Below are positions 39,961 to 55,246 of a DNA stretch of 64,000 nucleotides, in pieces. Numbering within the stretch: position 1 is the first letter of the stretch; each line of letters begins with the position of its first letter. The notes below the pieces were generated by a model that saw only the letters and a program-made list of their open reading frames with translations, had not been told where the DNA came from and searched no databases. This DNA comes from the human T2T-CHM13v2.0 reference genome, Homo sapiens: NCBI RefSeq assembly GCF_009914755.1, contig NC_060940.1; one strand, 5' to 3'. Both the position numbers and the translations under genes were made by a program.

Positions 39961-41853
39961 CTAAAAAAAAAAAAAAAGTTCAGCATTTATGAATCATTGG
40001 GAATTAATGATAAGAAACAAACTGACCAACCAACCAAACCAATGCAGTCTGAAAGTCCTCTAATTATGGGGGCTTTTAAGGGCATGAGTCTTTACTGAAA
40101 TGGGTGAAATCAATGAATCAAATGGGCTTATATCCAGAAACTCAAGCATTGCAAAGTTTACAAAAAAAAAAAACAAAAAACAAAATTTCAGAGAAGCTGT
40201 GGCAGTGTTTTGCAGTGTGTGTGTGTGCGCGCGTGTGTGTGTGTGTGTCTGTGGCTGGGATCCCTACAGTGGTCAGTGACATGGAGATGCAAGGTGTCTG
40301 CCAGGCCAGTGTGGAATAGAGGGCTCTGGGGAAGAGGATGTAGACCTCCCTAGTACCCCCACCTGTCACAGATGACACTGAAATCCTTAAATCCTGTCTT
40401 CGTGGCTTTGGTCTTTGGTATAACCTCTGAAATCCTTCTGAGGGGCGAACTGCACATCTCTACGCACATAACAACTCTTCCCAAACCTCTGCACTCAGGG
40501 ACTCGACCAATCTCTAGCATTGCTTCTAGCAGCTTAAGGCTGTGTCCCTAGAATGACCCCAGTATCCTTAACATAACTGCCTGGGAAGGCTCAACCCTGC
40601 CAGGACAATTTACTCTGCTCCAGCCAAAACCTGGAGACAAGCAGCCAGGTCCCCGAACCCAACTAGAGCAGTTACTTTAGAAGCCTGCAATGATAAACAC
40701 TTTCTCTGCCCTTTGGGATGTGAATCTACCACCCAACCCCATTTCCTTGAGGACCTGAGAGCCTTCTCTTTGCAATGCAAACATTCAGGGAGCTCACTCC
40801 TGATCTTCCCAGTCCCTGTCGAAAGAGTAGAGCCTGACTTCAGTGGGTTCTTCCTGCGGTCTAATGCATGGCTTCCTGTCCTAAAGATAAGAGGAGTTTG
40901 TTTCTGCCCCAGGTGAGCCAGGATGAAGACATCCAGGTGGTCTAGTCACATGAACCAAGCCTCTCCCCATAGACCACAGTGTTTCCCTTGGCACACCTGG
41001 CCTATGAAACGTCATCAGGCTTTTGTTTCAGGGATGTGAGTCCACTCCACGCTGGACTATTTCCCCTATTGCAATCATATTACTGAATAAATCTGTCCTA
41101 CTGCTTTAACCAGGGTCAGTTTTGTTTATCTTCAACTGGAAGGAGAACACTTCTTTACTTTTAGAACTCAATTACTTTTTCCATTTATTTGTTTCCAACT
41201 TTTATTTTAGGTTTGGGGGTAACTGTGCAGGTTTGATCATGGGTAATTTGGGTCTCTGGAGTTTGCTGTATAGATTATTTTGTTACCAGGTATTGAGCAT
41301 AGCACCCGATTAGGTAGCTTTTCCATCCTCATCTTCCTCTGACCATCCACTCTCTTAGTAGACGCTGATGTCTGCTGTTCCCTAGAAGTCAATGGTAACT
41401 CAAGAAGAAGCCACTTTCTTTGGATATTTTCAATGAGGTGATGAAGAGCATGAGTGATTTTCAGGGGAATTACGCACACCCAGCCCGAGGTGGGAAGCCA
41501 GGAAGCCCCCGACTGCTTCTCCGGACTCCTCCACTCCTTCCCCCTTCTAGGCCCCCTCCGTTTTCCCATCTGCAGAGTTATTTTCTCTACTGGCCCTCCC
41601 AGCACAGACACTTCAGGATTCTTCAATAGGAAGACAATAAGAGAGTCTGGGGAGAGGGAATCCCAGGGCCCTGATACCCCGGTGAAAACTGTGCCCTCCT
41701 GGAGAAGATTTCCGTGGAAATGTTAACCCCTGCTGAAGGGAACAGCTGCCCAGGACTCAGAGTGCAGCTCGGAGAGGGAAGCATTCCTGGGACCAGAGAC
41801 AGGAGGGCTGATGGGGGTGGTTGAGTCCCTCCAACAGACATGTGCCTTCTCAC

Positions 41854-41994
41854 CATTGGAATCAACCAGCCAAACTCCTGCTTGTTAATTCCGACCATGT
41901 AGGGGACAGTGTGGAAATTCCTTTCAGCTTGAAGCTCTTCAGGTGTTTTCAGCAGCAGCATCCCATCAATCACAGTGCCCAGAAGGGGTTGACT
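41854..41994 (-). CDS. CES1: Carboxylesterase 1 exon 9 (catalytic Glu)
   Basis: Mirror of 12937-13077; NKQEFGW. Confidence 0.95.
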
Positions 41995-44900
41995 CTGGGG
42001 AGAGAGCAGTGCAGCACCTGTGATTCCCTCCCTAGTCACACCCATGTCCCCAACTCTGCCTGTCTGAGGGTGAGACCAGTACCGTAGACTGGCATGGCCA
42101 TGCGCCATGGCTGCACATGCTCAGGATCCTAACTTAGGGGGGTAGGTCTCCATGACTCAGGGGCAGAACTTCAGGCAGAGGCTGACACTGCTCAGGTGAT
42201 GAGGAGAGGAAGAAATCTTCACTCATATTGAAATACATGTATTATCTATGTAAAATTACATGTCTATATATTTCAATTTGAAGTGCATGCATTTTCCTCT
42301 GTGTGTCCACAGTTGATTTTCGGTAGTCCTGGCAGTTGCTTCTGATAAAGCCCCCGTGAGTACTGAATTAGAGAATACAGGGTCATCACTCAAGGGGGAA
42401 ATACTGGGTTAGGTTTTTGCAAACCTCTGGCCACAACATTTTCATCAACCTTCTTTTATGTGTGGGTTTCTGTTGAAAGAGACTTCCACGGCTCCATCCC
42501 ACACAATAGGTGTTACTTTAGCCCTTTCTATCACAGCCTCATGTATGAATCGGCCAATTTCCTTCTCCTTTTTCTGAATGTGCTATTATGTGGATTTTTC
42601 AACACCAAATGCACGGCCAGCAGCACTGCAGCTCCTGCCTCATCCAAGCTTGTCTCACACAGGCACCTTCCCCGTAAGGCACAGCACAGCCTGTTTAGCT
42701 CAGGAACACCAGACAGCAGCGCTACTCTTGGGTTCGCTCTAAACAGTGACATCACTACAAAAAGCACAAAAATGCAGAACACACGGCACTAAATAGACCG
42801 CGAAGAGGACACTTGTAAACATCAGAGATGAAACAAGAAGAGAGAGGTTGCCTCGCCGGATCTCAGATGGAACATGCCCATCATGCAAATCCAGCTTCCC
42901 CTGCTCTGTACCTGCCTGTGTGTGACCATGAAAGTGCCACCAGTATTGATTTGGGGGTTATAAGGACATTTTAGCAAGCAGGTGAATTTATAAACACAGA
43001 ATCCATGATTAATGAGGAAGAGATTATGCTATCTATCTGTATTTAAACAAGAGCTGTTATTGATCCACGGGTGGCTTTGAGGAGGTACCGAACCCTGGTC
43101 ACTCAAGGAGCCTAGACTAGGACATGATTCCCTACTAGAGAGAAAATCATGAGTAAAAGAATCAGTGATTAACTCACAGTATATTGATCCATGTCTTAAT
43201 TTTAGGTTTTACCTTTGATGAATAATTTTTATATGGTCACAGATTAGAGAGAGCCCGACTCATGTGTTGCCATCAGGGCAGCTGGTTCTGGGTACAGTTA
43301 TATTTCATATTTAGTCACAATGGTGTAGTTGCTACGATAGAGCGTGGATGTTGCTAAGATAGAGCATGGACTTTGAAACCAGATTAACTGCATCTGAAGC
43401 CTGGCTCTGCTACTTACTGGCTGGGAGTTTCACCTGTTTGGGCCTCAGTTTTCTCATCTAAGAGGTGAGTTATTGTGAGGATTAAATGGCTGAACACATG
43501 TAAAATACTTAGCACAGCACCTGGTGTCTGGAAAGGCTGAATAACTGTTAGGTATTACTTGTTAGCAAGGTTGCTGTGGGTCCCTCTCATAGACACCAGT
43601 CCTCTGTGGAATCTTCCCAGTTCCACGCCCCATGGGCTGTATTTCCCTTCTGGATATCAGATGGAACTGGACAATTCCTAGCCTTTGAGACCCTATGGCT
43701 TCTGGGACCTTTGGTCTGCTCTACAAAAGCCAATGAATGACGAGCTAGTTCGGACTGCCTGGGGGAGATGTTCTGAAAAGTGGACCAGACCTAGCTGGAC
43801 AAGATCAGATCCTAATCCAATATGGCTGACAATGAAGAACAGGATTGGGGTGCAAGTCCAGCCTCCTTAAGAGGCTGTGCAGTTCAGGCAGGGCTGCTGT
43901 GGGAGGCCAGCAAGAGGAGCAGCCCCTCTGGAAGGAAGATGCAGGGCAGACTACGTGGAAGAGACGCCGCCTGCCTGCGGTGGGCTCTGGGCAGTGAATG
44001 GTATTGCCAGGTGAGGAAAGGAGTGAGAATTTCTAAACAGTGGGAACCGCATGAGCAAAAGGACATAGGTGTCACTGTGCAGGGTAAATTCCAGAAACAA
44101 CCAAGAGTTCTTGGCTTGGAGAAATGCTGTGGGGCAGGGTCTAGAGGGAGGGACAGGTGCAGAGCCTACCTTCTGCACAGTCTGGCACACAGTGTGCACG
44201 CAGGTGTGTTTTGAAGGACTAACTCCATGGAGGGAAGGGGATTTGTCTCATAAGGAAGGTCAGGCTTTTAAGAAGTGGGGGTGACGTGCTCTAATTCTGT
44301 TAAGGAAGGCCAGTCTGGCTGCACCATGAGACATGGAAATGGGGAGAGAAGGTGAAGTAGAAGAGGCTAAAAGTTGAGGCAAGAGACGGGAGCACCTCAG
44401 TTGGGTGACAGCCATGCTGGAAGACTGCCATCAGCAACAATGACAAGTGATTGTTCTCCACTTAGAGTTTACAAGTGGCTGCCCTGTGTGGGCACAACCT
44501 TGTTGTGTCAGAAAACTCAGGGCGTCCTCCACTCCTCCCCCTTTCTTACCCCTTGCATCCTGTCCATCAGCAAATCCTGTCAGCTATTCCTTCAAAGATA
44601 TCCAGACTCCAACTACTCCTCCCATCCCCACTGCCACAGCCCTGTCTAAGCAGCCAGGAGCCCTTGCCTGGATTATGGCAATGCAGTGGCTGCCCAGCTG
44701 GTCAACTGCATCCACTTTGCCCCTTTCCTACAGTCTATTTGAACACCAGAGACAGAGACCTTTGTGAGATCTAAGATCATGTGACTCCTCTGTTCAAAAC
44801 CTCCAAAGGCTTCCCATCTTGCTCTGAATCCAAATCCAAGTACTTTAATTGATCTCTCTCCCACTGCCCATTACCTCTTTAGCCTCAAGCCAGTCTGTCC

Positions 44901-45874
44901 CCACACTCGGTCCTCTCCAGCCAGACTGGCCCCTTATGTCAGGGTCTTTGCAGTGACTGTTCCCTCTGCCTGGAATAGGCTTCTCCAGGTTTCCTGACAG
45001 CTGGCTTCCTGCCTCCTCCAGAGCTTGGCTCAAATGCCACCTTCTCATTGAACCATTCCCTGATCCTGCTACTTAAATTGAAGCCACCCACAAACTCTAC
45101 ACCCTAATGCTGCACACCATCAAACGGAATACATACTTGATTTGCTTTTTTATTGCACTGTCCTTGCACTGTAAAGGAAGGTCCCAAGAGGGCAGGGAGT
45201 CTTTCTTTTTTCACTGTTATATCCCCAGCTCCTAAACAAGTCCTGGCACATAGGAAGTGTTTATTAAGTCTTTGCTGAATGAATCTCATGTACTCCGCCC
45301 ATGACCATTTAGGAGAGTGCTGTGATCTCCAGGGAGGCAGCAGAGAGGACAGGATTGTAAGATTCGTCAGAGGTGATGTCACCAGAAACTGTCAACCCAC
45401 TGGGAGGTGGGGGTGGGAGTGGGGATGAGGAGATTGGGAGAATACTGTTGGAGTTTCCTGTGTGCTGGGAGGAGGCGAGTGTCCTTGGACTGAGATTTAG
45501 GCTTCCCCTCTCCTTGGCTAATCATCGCTGTTATCTCTGCCTCCTGATTGTGGAAGGTTCTGTTTCAGCCTCCTCCTACAGTGCCATTTTGGGGAGCAGA
45601 AAATATAAAAAAGAAGGGGAGTGGGCAGAGCCCAGGGCACACAGAGGTGATGCCTGGGAGCACTGGACTGGGAGTCAGGAAAATGGGTTCCAGGCCAGCC
45701 ACTAGTCTTCCTGGCTGTGTTACCCAGGTGAGTCACTACCCCTCTCGGGGCCTCAGAAACAAACACGCAGGAGTTACTATAATTACCCAAGAGATGATTC
45801 TTTCACTCACAGTTAATTGGAGCTTAAAGGTGCTAAGACTCAAAACCCGTAATCCAGAAACAAAAGGTCCTTAC

Positions 45875-45913
45875 CTCTCTGGGGTCTCCCTGTAAGTCCA
45901 GAGATAAGAATTT
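45875..45913 (-). CDS. CES1: Carboxylesterase 1 exon 8
   Basis: Mirror of 9018-9056. Confidence 0.94.
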
Positions 45914-48485
45914 CTGTGAAGACAAAGGCAGAGGATGTGGGTGAGAGGCTTACCAGGAGAACACTGAGCTGGGTGAGTGGGGCAACAGAGGTGTCAGGTT
46001 CTTCCCGCATCACTCCGTGAATTCGTATATCTATATGTGACCTGCGGTGCTCCATCTCCCTGAACATGAATATTAGTTCAGGGATGGGCATACACTCATG
46101 TCAATCCAATAGAGTTTACCCCAAAACTTTTGCAGGAATTGTTTAGAAAGAGGGTTTTTAAGCAGATAGGACATAAGTCTAGAGTGCTGTTGTCTTTAAC
46201 CTTCCCAGGAGATATATCTGCCTAAGAGTGAAGCCAACACAGAGATGTGCAAAGCTGAAGGACAGAGAATGGTAGATTCTCAATAATATCCTATGATCAT
46301 CTGGACCCAGCCATGCCTGAAGCCATCAACTCCTGAGATTTTCAGTTTACACGACGATGCTATTGCAACACATTTCTTTTTCTGTTCAAGGTACTTGGGA
46401 GAGTTTCCTCATCTCCCATTAGAAAGCCCTGACTCACGCAAGCTCACTGAGTCTCATCCTACCCCATGCTTCTCTTTGGTGTGTGTTCACCAAGATTGCA
46501 GTGACTGTAGTGTTGCACTGTAGTTCCCAGATCTGACCTGTGCTCAGGATGTAACCAGTGCAGGTCCCTCCATTAAGGATTGAAGTCCCACTAGCCAGGA
46601 GTGTGTGTGTGTGTGTGTATGAGTGTGTCTGTGTGTGGCTCTTTGTGTGTGGGTGTCTGTGTGTGTCTCTGTGTGTGTGTGTCTGTATGTGTTTCTCTGT
46701 GTGTGTGTCTGTGTGTGTGTGTGTTTGTCTGTGTGTCTGCATGTGTGTGTACTGGAGGCAGCGCGTAATCATGGAGGTGCTTCCACAAGATCTCAGAAAA
46801 ACTCAAAAGAATGTTCTAGGATCTTAGGGATGGGTTTTCCCAAAGACTCAACTCTTCCCTTTTAAGCTGGGTCCTCTGATGCCACATGCAGAATTGCTGG
46901 AATATTTGCCTCCTTCCGGGCGTTAGAAAACAGTTGTGTTTTCATTCCTTGAACACTTTGGTCACTTAGAGCCTGAGCCAAGACCTAAGCACCAATACCA
47001 CATTGGACTCAACTCATGGAAACACAAGCAGAGTCCAGTGGTAGAGGCCAGCCCTGGGATCCAGGAGTAGCCTCAGGTCCAAGGAGAGAGTCCAGGCTAC
47101 TCCTGAGCTTGGAATTCACACTCTTCCCCCTCAAAGGGAATAGTTCCCAATGGCCCTGGGTGCTGTGTCATCTGGGTGTTTGTCCTCCTGGTCTTCCCTG
47201 TGATGAGAGACTGCCATGGCCATCCAACAATCCTAAAGGTCCCCAAGTCCTAATATGTGAGGATGGCAGGGAGCAGGGAAGGCAGAAGATACTCTAGACC
47301 CGCAGGTGTCGGTTCTGGGTCCTACAGTGTTGCCTCTGTGACTAATTTGAACTGTGACATGGGGCAATTACAAAATTTATCTGTCTTTGTTACCTCTGTT
47401 AAAATGGGCACAATGATCTGAAAGCTGAATTTCTCAGGAAAGATAAGGTGGAGTCAGGATTAAGGGCATGAACTCCTGAATTCCACTGTCTGGTCTCAAA
47501 TCTGGCTCCTCCGCCTTCTCTGTGAAGCATCCCTGATTACTACAATGAATGCTTCCCCTCTGTGCTGCCACCATACTCAACCTGCGAAGTATATGAATGT
47601 ATTTCTCTTTGGATAGTTCCTTGAGAGCAGGGACTATGTCCACTTCATGTCTGTTTTGCTACCTCTAACACCCACCCCTACATATTTAGCATGGATGGAT
47701 GGATGGATCAATGGAGGGATGGATGGAGTTGGTCAATACATGGAGTACAGTTGAATTGAATGGATACATGAATAGATGGGTGAAAACTAGCAGACAGGCG
47801 ATAACTGGATTGTTGATTTTGGAGGAATGGGTGATGGAGTTGAGATATAAGGTGGCTGGATGATCCATGAATGGTGAATGGATTGAAAATAGATAAATAC
47901 AAAGTTATGAATAGGTTGACATTAGATTGATAAAAAGATATGAGTGAATTGGATGAATTAGTGAACAGATAGATGGATAAGACAATCATAGATAGACGGA
48001 TTAACGAATGGGTGGATGGATGACTATCCTAGGATGACAACTGAGTCAGTCTCAGAAAATCTAGAAAACTGGACCACCACTAGGTCTAATACAGACAGTT
48101 TCTAAGTCAACCAAGATAAATTGTGACATCTTTCTGAAAATCTTTGAGCTTAATATCTCCATCCCCCAAATTCAGGATGATGGTGTCCCCTGGGAATATG
48201 TAACATTTAATTTCTTAAAAATACATCTGAAAACAAGAATGGCAAAATATTAAATTTTGGTCAGGACTGGGGATTGTTACACAATTTTTTATCATGTTAT
48301 TTTTTGACTTTCTTTTTTTACATTTGTGGCATTTTACAATAAAAAAGGACAAATCATATTCCCCATTCAGATACTGAGAGTTGAGAAATTGTCCCAGGAA
48401 ACTGTCCCTGGGCAAGAGGACAGCTGAAATGAAGAAGTCTGGGACCAAGTTTACAGGGTTTGGGCTACGGGAACAGGCAACCTAC

Positions 48486-48590
48486 CATTTTCAATGTCGT
48501 CTCCAAGAGCTCCTCTTCCGTCTTCTGTCGCAGGCAGTGAACCATGACAGCAGAGGTGGTGGTTTTGCACCCAGCAGTGATAGCAATTTG
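48486..48590 (-). CDS. CES1: Carboxylesterase 1 exon 7
   Basis: Mirror of 6341-6445. Confidence 0.95.
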
Positions 48591-49322
48591 CTGCAAAGAT
48601 CACAGGCAACAACAGAGTTCAAGAGCGACATCCCTTCCCTCCATCAAAGAGGAAAGTGGCATTCTATCCCAAGCCCAACTTGTACTAGTGGCAGGGAGCA
48701 GCAGAAGATACTGTAGACCCGTGGGTGTGGGTTCCAGGTCCCACGGAGCGTTGCCTCTGTTACTAATCTCAATTGTAACATGGGTCAATTATGTAATCTC
48801 TCATCTCTGCTACCTTATCTCCATTGAAATGGACATAATCATCTCAAGGTGAATGTGTCAAGAAATGTGAGGTGGAGCTGGGATAGAGAGCATGGAATCC
48901 TGAATTTCCTTGTCTGCTTTCAAATCCTGGTTGTTCCACTTACCAGCCATTAGGCAGACCCAGAGAGACACAAGACACCATCACTGCCCAACATGGCACC
49001 AGGCCCTGGCACATAGGAGGAGTGTGGTCACAGATAGGGCACTGTACTGGCTGCTAGGGCCATGAGCTGGAGTCCCAGCTCTGCCCTGATCACCTGCTGC
49101 CCTTGGCAAATCCCTTCCAAGCCCTGTGTCGGTTTGCCTGGCTGTGAAACTGGGACGCTGATCAAGGTGTCTCCTCGCCCTTCCTGCTCAGCCATTGGTG
49201 CCTCAGTGATTCTAGGAGAACATTAGCTACAACCGACCACAAGAGAGATCCCTGAGGATTCAGGAGCATAGAGCCAAGGAGGTGGGGGTGTCCAGCCGGA
49301 GACGTACCAGCCGGAGACCTAC

Positions 49323-49430
49323 CTCAGCCAAGGGCTTGACATCACCTTTCTTCACCAGAACAGAAGTGAGGGCCACGCCACTCTCAGAAATGGCCCGGTG
49401 GAAGAGGTTCTTGGCCAATGGAGACAAAAC
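49323..49430 (-). CDS. CES1: Carboxylesterase 1 exon 6
   Basis: Mirror of 5501-5608. Confidence 0.95.
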
Positions 49431-49995
49431 CTGACAGCAGAGTGGAGGGGTGGAGAGTTCATGCTCAGGAGTGGGGTCAGTGACTCACTCACTCTTCCAG
49501 GCTAGATCTACTCCACTATAAAACCAACACGGGACTGAGGAATCCAGTAGTGAGCTGACCCTCTGCCCACCTCAAGGAGGTGGAAGTCTTCCTACAGCTC
49601 CCAGCACCTCTCATCTGGGTTTTCATCCCAGATCCCCCAGTGTCTCCTGAACCCAATCCCCAATCCCAGCAGGACCCCTCACACCCAAGGTTGTGTCTAT
49701 GACCCACAACCCCTGCCCCATCCCTCCCTATCCGCGGCTCCATCCCTCCTTCCTCTGCCTGCCTCCCCTAGCCCACTGGACCCCACAGTCACAAAGACTG
49801 TCGCCTCCTTCTTGGGCATGGACAAGCCATCAGACCACCCCAGAGGAATTCCCAGCCTGCTCAGTGTCCATGTCCCCTCCACATGTAGGTCTGGTTTAGC
49901 CAAACAATGACCTCTGTCCACCTCTTCTCTCTGCCTGCCCTTACTCATAATTTATGCCTATTCCTACTTCCCAAGAGAAGGGATGTGAGTCCTTA

Positions 49996-50517
<522 letters not shown>

Positions 50518-52504
50518 TCATGCAGGACCTTCAGGACCACAGATGGGGCTAGGGGTTCTCAGTGAACCCTTAAGAATAAGGCTGGGCTTCAGCATCTCTG
50601 AGACCCTGCTTTCATTAGTACAGCATTGTGGTGATGTATGGTTCTACATTCACACAACTGGCAACTATTTACTGAGCATCTACTGTATGCCTGACGCTGT
50701 CTTATGAGCTAGAGCACATCTGAGAGCAAAACAGGCAAAACCTGTGATGACACTGAATTCCCACTACAGATCACAAGCAGATAAACAGATACATAGAGAG
50801 AATATAATGATGTCAGGTAGTCAAAGTGCACTGAGGTAAATACAATGGAGTAAGGAAAAAAACAGGAGTGGGACAGGGGGTGCCATTTCAGATCCCAATC
50901 AGGGAAGGCCTTTTGGAGGCAGTGACATTTGAGGTTTTGGAGGCAAAGACCTTCATAAAACAAGCACAATGAGCACATGAACCTTGTAAATATCCAAAGA
51001 AAGGAATTCCAGGCAGAAGAAAAAGCAAGTGCAAAGGGCCTGGGGCCCAGTGAAAGAAAGCGTGAGTCAGGAGGTGCAGCTAGAGAGGGCCCTGGGGCCT
51101 GGCAAGAACTTCGGCTGTCATGGTAAGGAGCATGGGAAGCCCCTGCAGGGTTTTGTGCAGAGGCATCGCATGATTCAATGCATGTGTTAAGTGATCACTC
51201 TGGCTACTGTGCAACTCAGCTTTATATAAAAGTGGCAGGGATCTGAAAGTGTTAAAGATCATAATCAAGGTGACAGACAGAGAGCTTTGGCTGGGCTAGG
51301 AGCCAGGGAAGAGGTGCAAAGTAGGGGACTCTGAGTGGATTCTGAAGGCGCAGCCAAGAGGGTTGTGAGAAAAGAGACAGTCCGGGCTGTCCACAAGGCC
51401 TTCTCCTGAGCCCAAGGGAGGATGTGGCAGCAGAAGCTGAGTGGAGGCGTGGTGGGAGGAGAAGGGGGTCTCTGTTGGGGAGGGGCAGTGGGAGTCAAGG
51501 ATTCAACTTGTCCCTGGGAAGAGTGGGGCACCCTTTAGACAGCCAGGGGTGGGGAGGAGGGATTGAGTGATGCCTGTGGGCTTCAAAGGTGAGGTGGGCT
51601 GGAAACAGGGGCTCTGGCTGCTCCCTGGGATCACTGGGAATTAGTAAGGAGGGAGAGGGAGACAAGAGAGGCCTGTGGACAGGGAGGAGGGAGGACCAGG
51701 AAAGGGGCTGGGAAGGAAGCATGTCACAGAGGCTGAGTGGCCATCTGCTGCTGCTGGGAGGTCCTGAGAGGTTGGGTGGAGAGCAGGGGGAGGTCATTGA
51801 TGACCGCAATGAGACCAACTGAGTGGCGTGTTCAGGAAGAAACCTGACTGGCATGGATGGAGGAGAACCTTAGAAAAGGTTCATAGCAGTTGCGCCTTGA
51901 AGGAGATCTGACTCCTGTCCCCATGGAGACCTGATGGGAAGACTCCATCCTTGCTTCCCACACTTGCCAAATTTCAAGCAGAAAATGAGCTGAGTGGGTC
52001 CCAACACTCCCACAGGAAGGGGTCAGATGCTCCCACACCCCACCATCTGCAGCCCCCATTCCTTCACCCACAACATGCCCTGAGCTCCCTCTGTGACTCT
52101 GCCCCTTCCCTCCTTTCCATGAGAAGTCAGATGTGTCAACCTTCACCTGCTGGGCTGCCTGCTAAGTGTCATGACAGAGAAAAGCAATGTGCTGGAGAAA
52201 CATAGGTGAAGAGGAGATGAGTCTTTCAGTGGAGGTAACTGGGGGCTGGGTCTTGCAGGATGAAGAGGTGTTCTTCGGATAGAATAAGCATTCCAGGCAG
52301 AGGGAACAGCACATGCAAAAGCTCAGAGGCAAGTGGATGAGTGGCTGGGTAGTGAGAGGGTAGGTAGTGTCCAATTATGAAGGGGCTTGGATGCCTTACT
52401 GTGGAACCTAGCTAAGCTCCCCTGAGGGCTGGCATGACAAGAGCTGGGTCCTAGCATCCTCGTTCTGGGGGCCAAAGTGCAGTGAGGAGAGTCCGATTTC
52501 TTAC

Positions 52505-52638
52505 CTGAAGAATCCCCAGATGCCCAGGCGATATTGAATGGTCACCACCACCACGTTTTCATGGGCAGCAAGGGCCAGCCCATCATAGGTTGATGCCGCA
52601 CCCACCATCAGCCCCCCTCCGTGGATCCACACCATCAC
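52505..52638 (-). CDS. CES1: Carboxylesterase 1 exon 4
   Basis: Mirror of 2293-2426; HGGG. Confidence 0.95.
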
Positions 52639-55101
52639 CTGGGCAGAGAGGAAGCAACATACCAGTTACAGGACACAGAGCCAGGGAGCACTCAGAAGAT
52701 GTCTTGTTTGGTGACCTACCTGTTGGTTACAACTGAAGGAGGATGCTATCCAAAGTTCACCAGCTCCCAGCAACTTTGCAAAAGGCAATCTCTCTCCTGC
52801 ATAATTCTCCCAACTGGGACCCAAGCCACCACCCTACTGCACATACCCTGGCTGTCCCTTCCTTTCTACCCAGCCTCCAGTGCCTCCTCCCCGAAAGGCT
52901 CTTGATGCTGAGAACATCATCATGGGCATAGCAAAGGCTAAGGATGTCCTCTTCGGGAGGACACTCCCATCACCCTCAAGCCTAGACTATTCATGCACTC
53001 AGCGTACCCATGGGGCAGCCCTTGTATCTCAGCTTCATCTCAGTTAACTATCTCTTGGTGAAGTAAACTTCTCTGTGCATGAATGATTGTCTCGAGAAGC
53101 ACACGTGCCTGTGATGGTGTCTCTTCCTCAAATGCCTCCTTATGCCTCTGCATCCCCAAATCCTATCCACCCTGCAGAACCCAGCCTAAAACCCACCCAC
53201 TTCAGGATGCCTTCAGTCAATGGACTAACACTGTCGAGAACTTAGCATGTGCCAGGGACTCTGCTAATACTGGAGGATGAGAGTGGATACAATTCCTCAT
53301 GCATGATTCTTGCATTTTAAAAGTCCACATAGTGGGGAAGAAGTGAGAGTGGCTAAAATAATGATATTGTAATAATATTATTCATGAAATATAAAAGAAC
53401 TCGTAACATAAACTATGTCCCAAGTGCTGTTCTAAGCACAGTAAAATAAACTATACATTGGGTAGGTACTGATAATGTCCCATTATCCAGGTGGGAAAAT
53501 GGAGGCACTTAACCTGCCCAAGGTCCTACAACTCAAAAGTGGTAGCAGCAGGACTTTAACCCAGGCAGTCTGCCTCCAGAGTCCACATGTTGAGCTGCCC
53601 AGCACACTGCAGGCGCCGGCCACAGTGCAGTGAGTCCACTGTTAGGGCAGGGGTATGAGCCTGCCTCTGCCTTTTTAGCCAGGGACTGAGATCACGCTTA
53701 GTGGTCACCCTTGACTGATCATATGTGATGATTCCCATTTTGAGGAAACAGAGGCTTAGAGAAGTTAAGAAACTCCCAAGTCTCTCAGCTAGTCAAAAGC
53801 AGAACCAGGATTTAAACCCAGACCGTGTAGTTCTAGAGCCTGTGGCCATTCCTGGAGGTTCTCCTGACTCCAGGTTCCCAGAGCCCTTGTTTCTCCCACA
53901 ACTCTAATCCCTGCCTGCCTCCTGGGGAGGGATTGAGTGTGCATTCATCTTTGTGTGAAGACTGAGCCTGAGGGCTGGCCTGCAATAAAGTGCTGAAGGG
54001 AGGATATGTCTCTACAGCCCAGAAGGCAAGATCCTTGAAGGCAGGGGCTGTGTGGAGTGGATTCATGTTCCTCCTTTCCCTGAAGCCCCAGGTCTAACTG
54101 TGTATATGGGGCACTGAGTACACAATAGAAGAATGAATGAATGAATGAATGAATGAATGAATGAGTAAACCTTTCTCTCACTTCCTGTGTCTCACAAAGC
54201 ACATGTAGGACCAACTTCTAGTTCCACGTTCGCAGACCTGCTCCCCCACTCCTAGGCACCATGCCACGGTGCCCCTGGGAGACTGGCTAGACACAACACC
54301 CCTTGTTTTTTCACCCTGGGTGCCTCCTTTGCCAGCAGACCCTCCCCACCCTCCAACCTGCAGCTGGCGGGCTGCCCCATGTCCTGCCCTTCATTTATTT
54401 GGGAAATTCTGACTCACTGGGTCATCAGCCTTTGCCAAGACAATTAGGGAGGGAAATTAGGTACAAAAAGAAATCCCAGCTATTTGGCCAAAGGCAAAAG
54501 GAAGAGCTTCTGGGATTGTCCAGGCTCCGCCCCCAACATCCGTACCTGGACAGTGAAAGTTACCCCAGATGAATGTTGCTGTGCTGGAGAAAGGCCACAT
54601 ACAAGCTCAATGCCCTACTCCATGTCAAAAGCACTGATGTGAAGATCAGAAGACTTGAGCCAAAACTACCCTACTGGGTGACCTCCCCTTCCCTGTCTGG
54701 GCCTCAGTTTCTCTATTTGAAAAGGAAGAGTTGGGGTGTTGGCTTTTCTCTAAGTTCTTTCCACCACTAACATTGAAAATCATGTCTTACCCAATCTTGG
54801 TATCAGATTTTTAATCTAGTAACTAAAAGTAATCATTCTCATCCTTCTATTAGCATGAGGGAACTTGGAACAATTAAGATGTTCATTAAAGATGCAAAAC
54901 AAACTCCCCCAGAGTGCCTATGTCACGAGGGTAAACTGATGTGTGGAAAACCAGTGTTTCCTGTGGAGGCCCTGGGGTCTCTGAAACAATCCTGGCCTGT
55001 GCAGCTCCCTCCCCAAGCTGCCTTCACTCCCTTCCATTCTGCCCCAGAAGATGCGGGGTACTGGCACTGACACGCCTTGACCAGGGGGTCCCACAACTTA
55101 C

Positions 55102-55246
55102 CGGCAGCCTGTTTTTCTTGGTCAAGTCAGCAGGAGTGTAAATATTGAGGTAAAGACAGTCTTCAGAAAGCTTGAGAGGAATGTTCTCCTTTCGGTTTGT
55201 AAATAGCTCTGAGAGTAACTGCCCCGCCTTGGGATCTTGGGTGCAC
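55102..55246 (-). CDS. CES1: Carboxylesterase 1 exon 3 (open, no stop)
   Basis: cccag|GTGCAC...CTGCCG|gtaag; [48 protein letters not shown] with the EDCLYLNIY family signature. Confidence 0.95.

Noticed and set aside
55102-55246. Minus-strand copy being the CES1P1/CES1A3 pseudogene because of its exon 1
   Set aside because: Exon 3 and all other exons are open, giving a full 568-aa frame.
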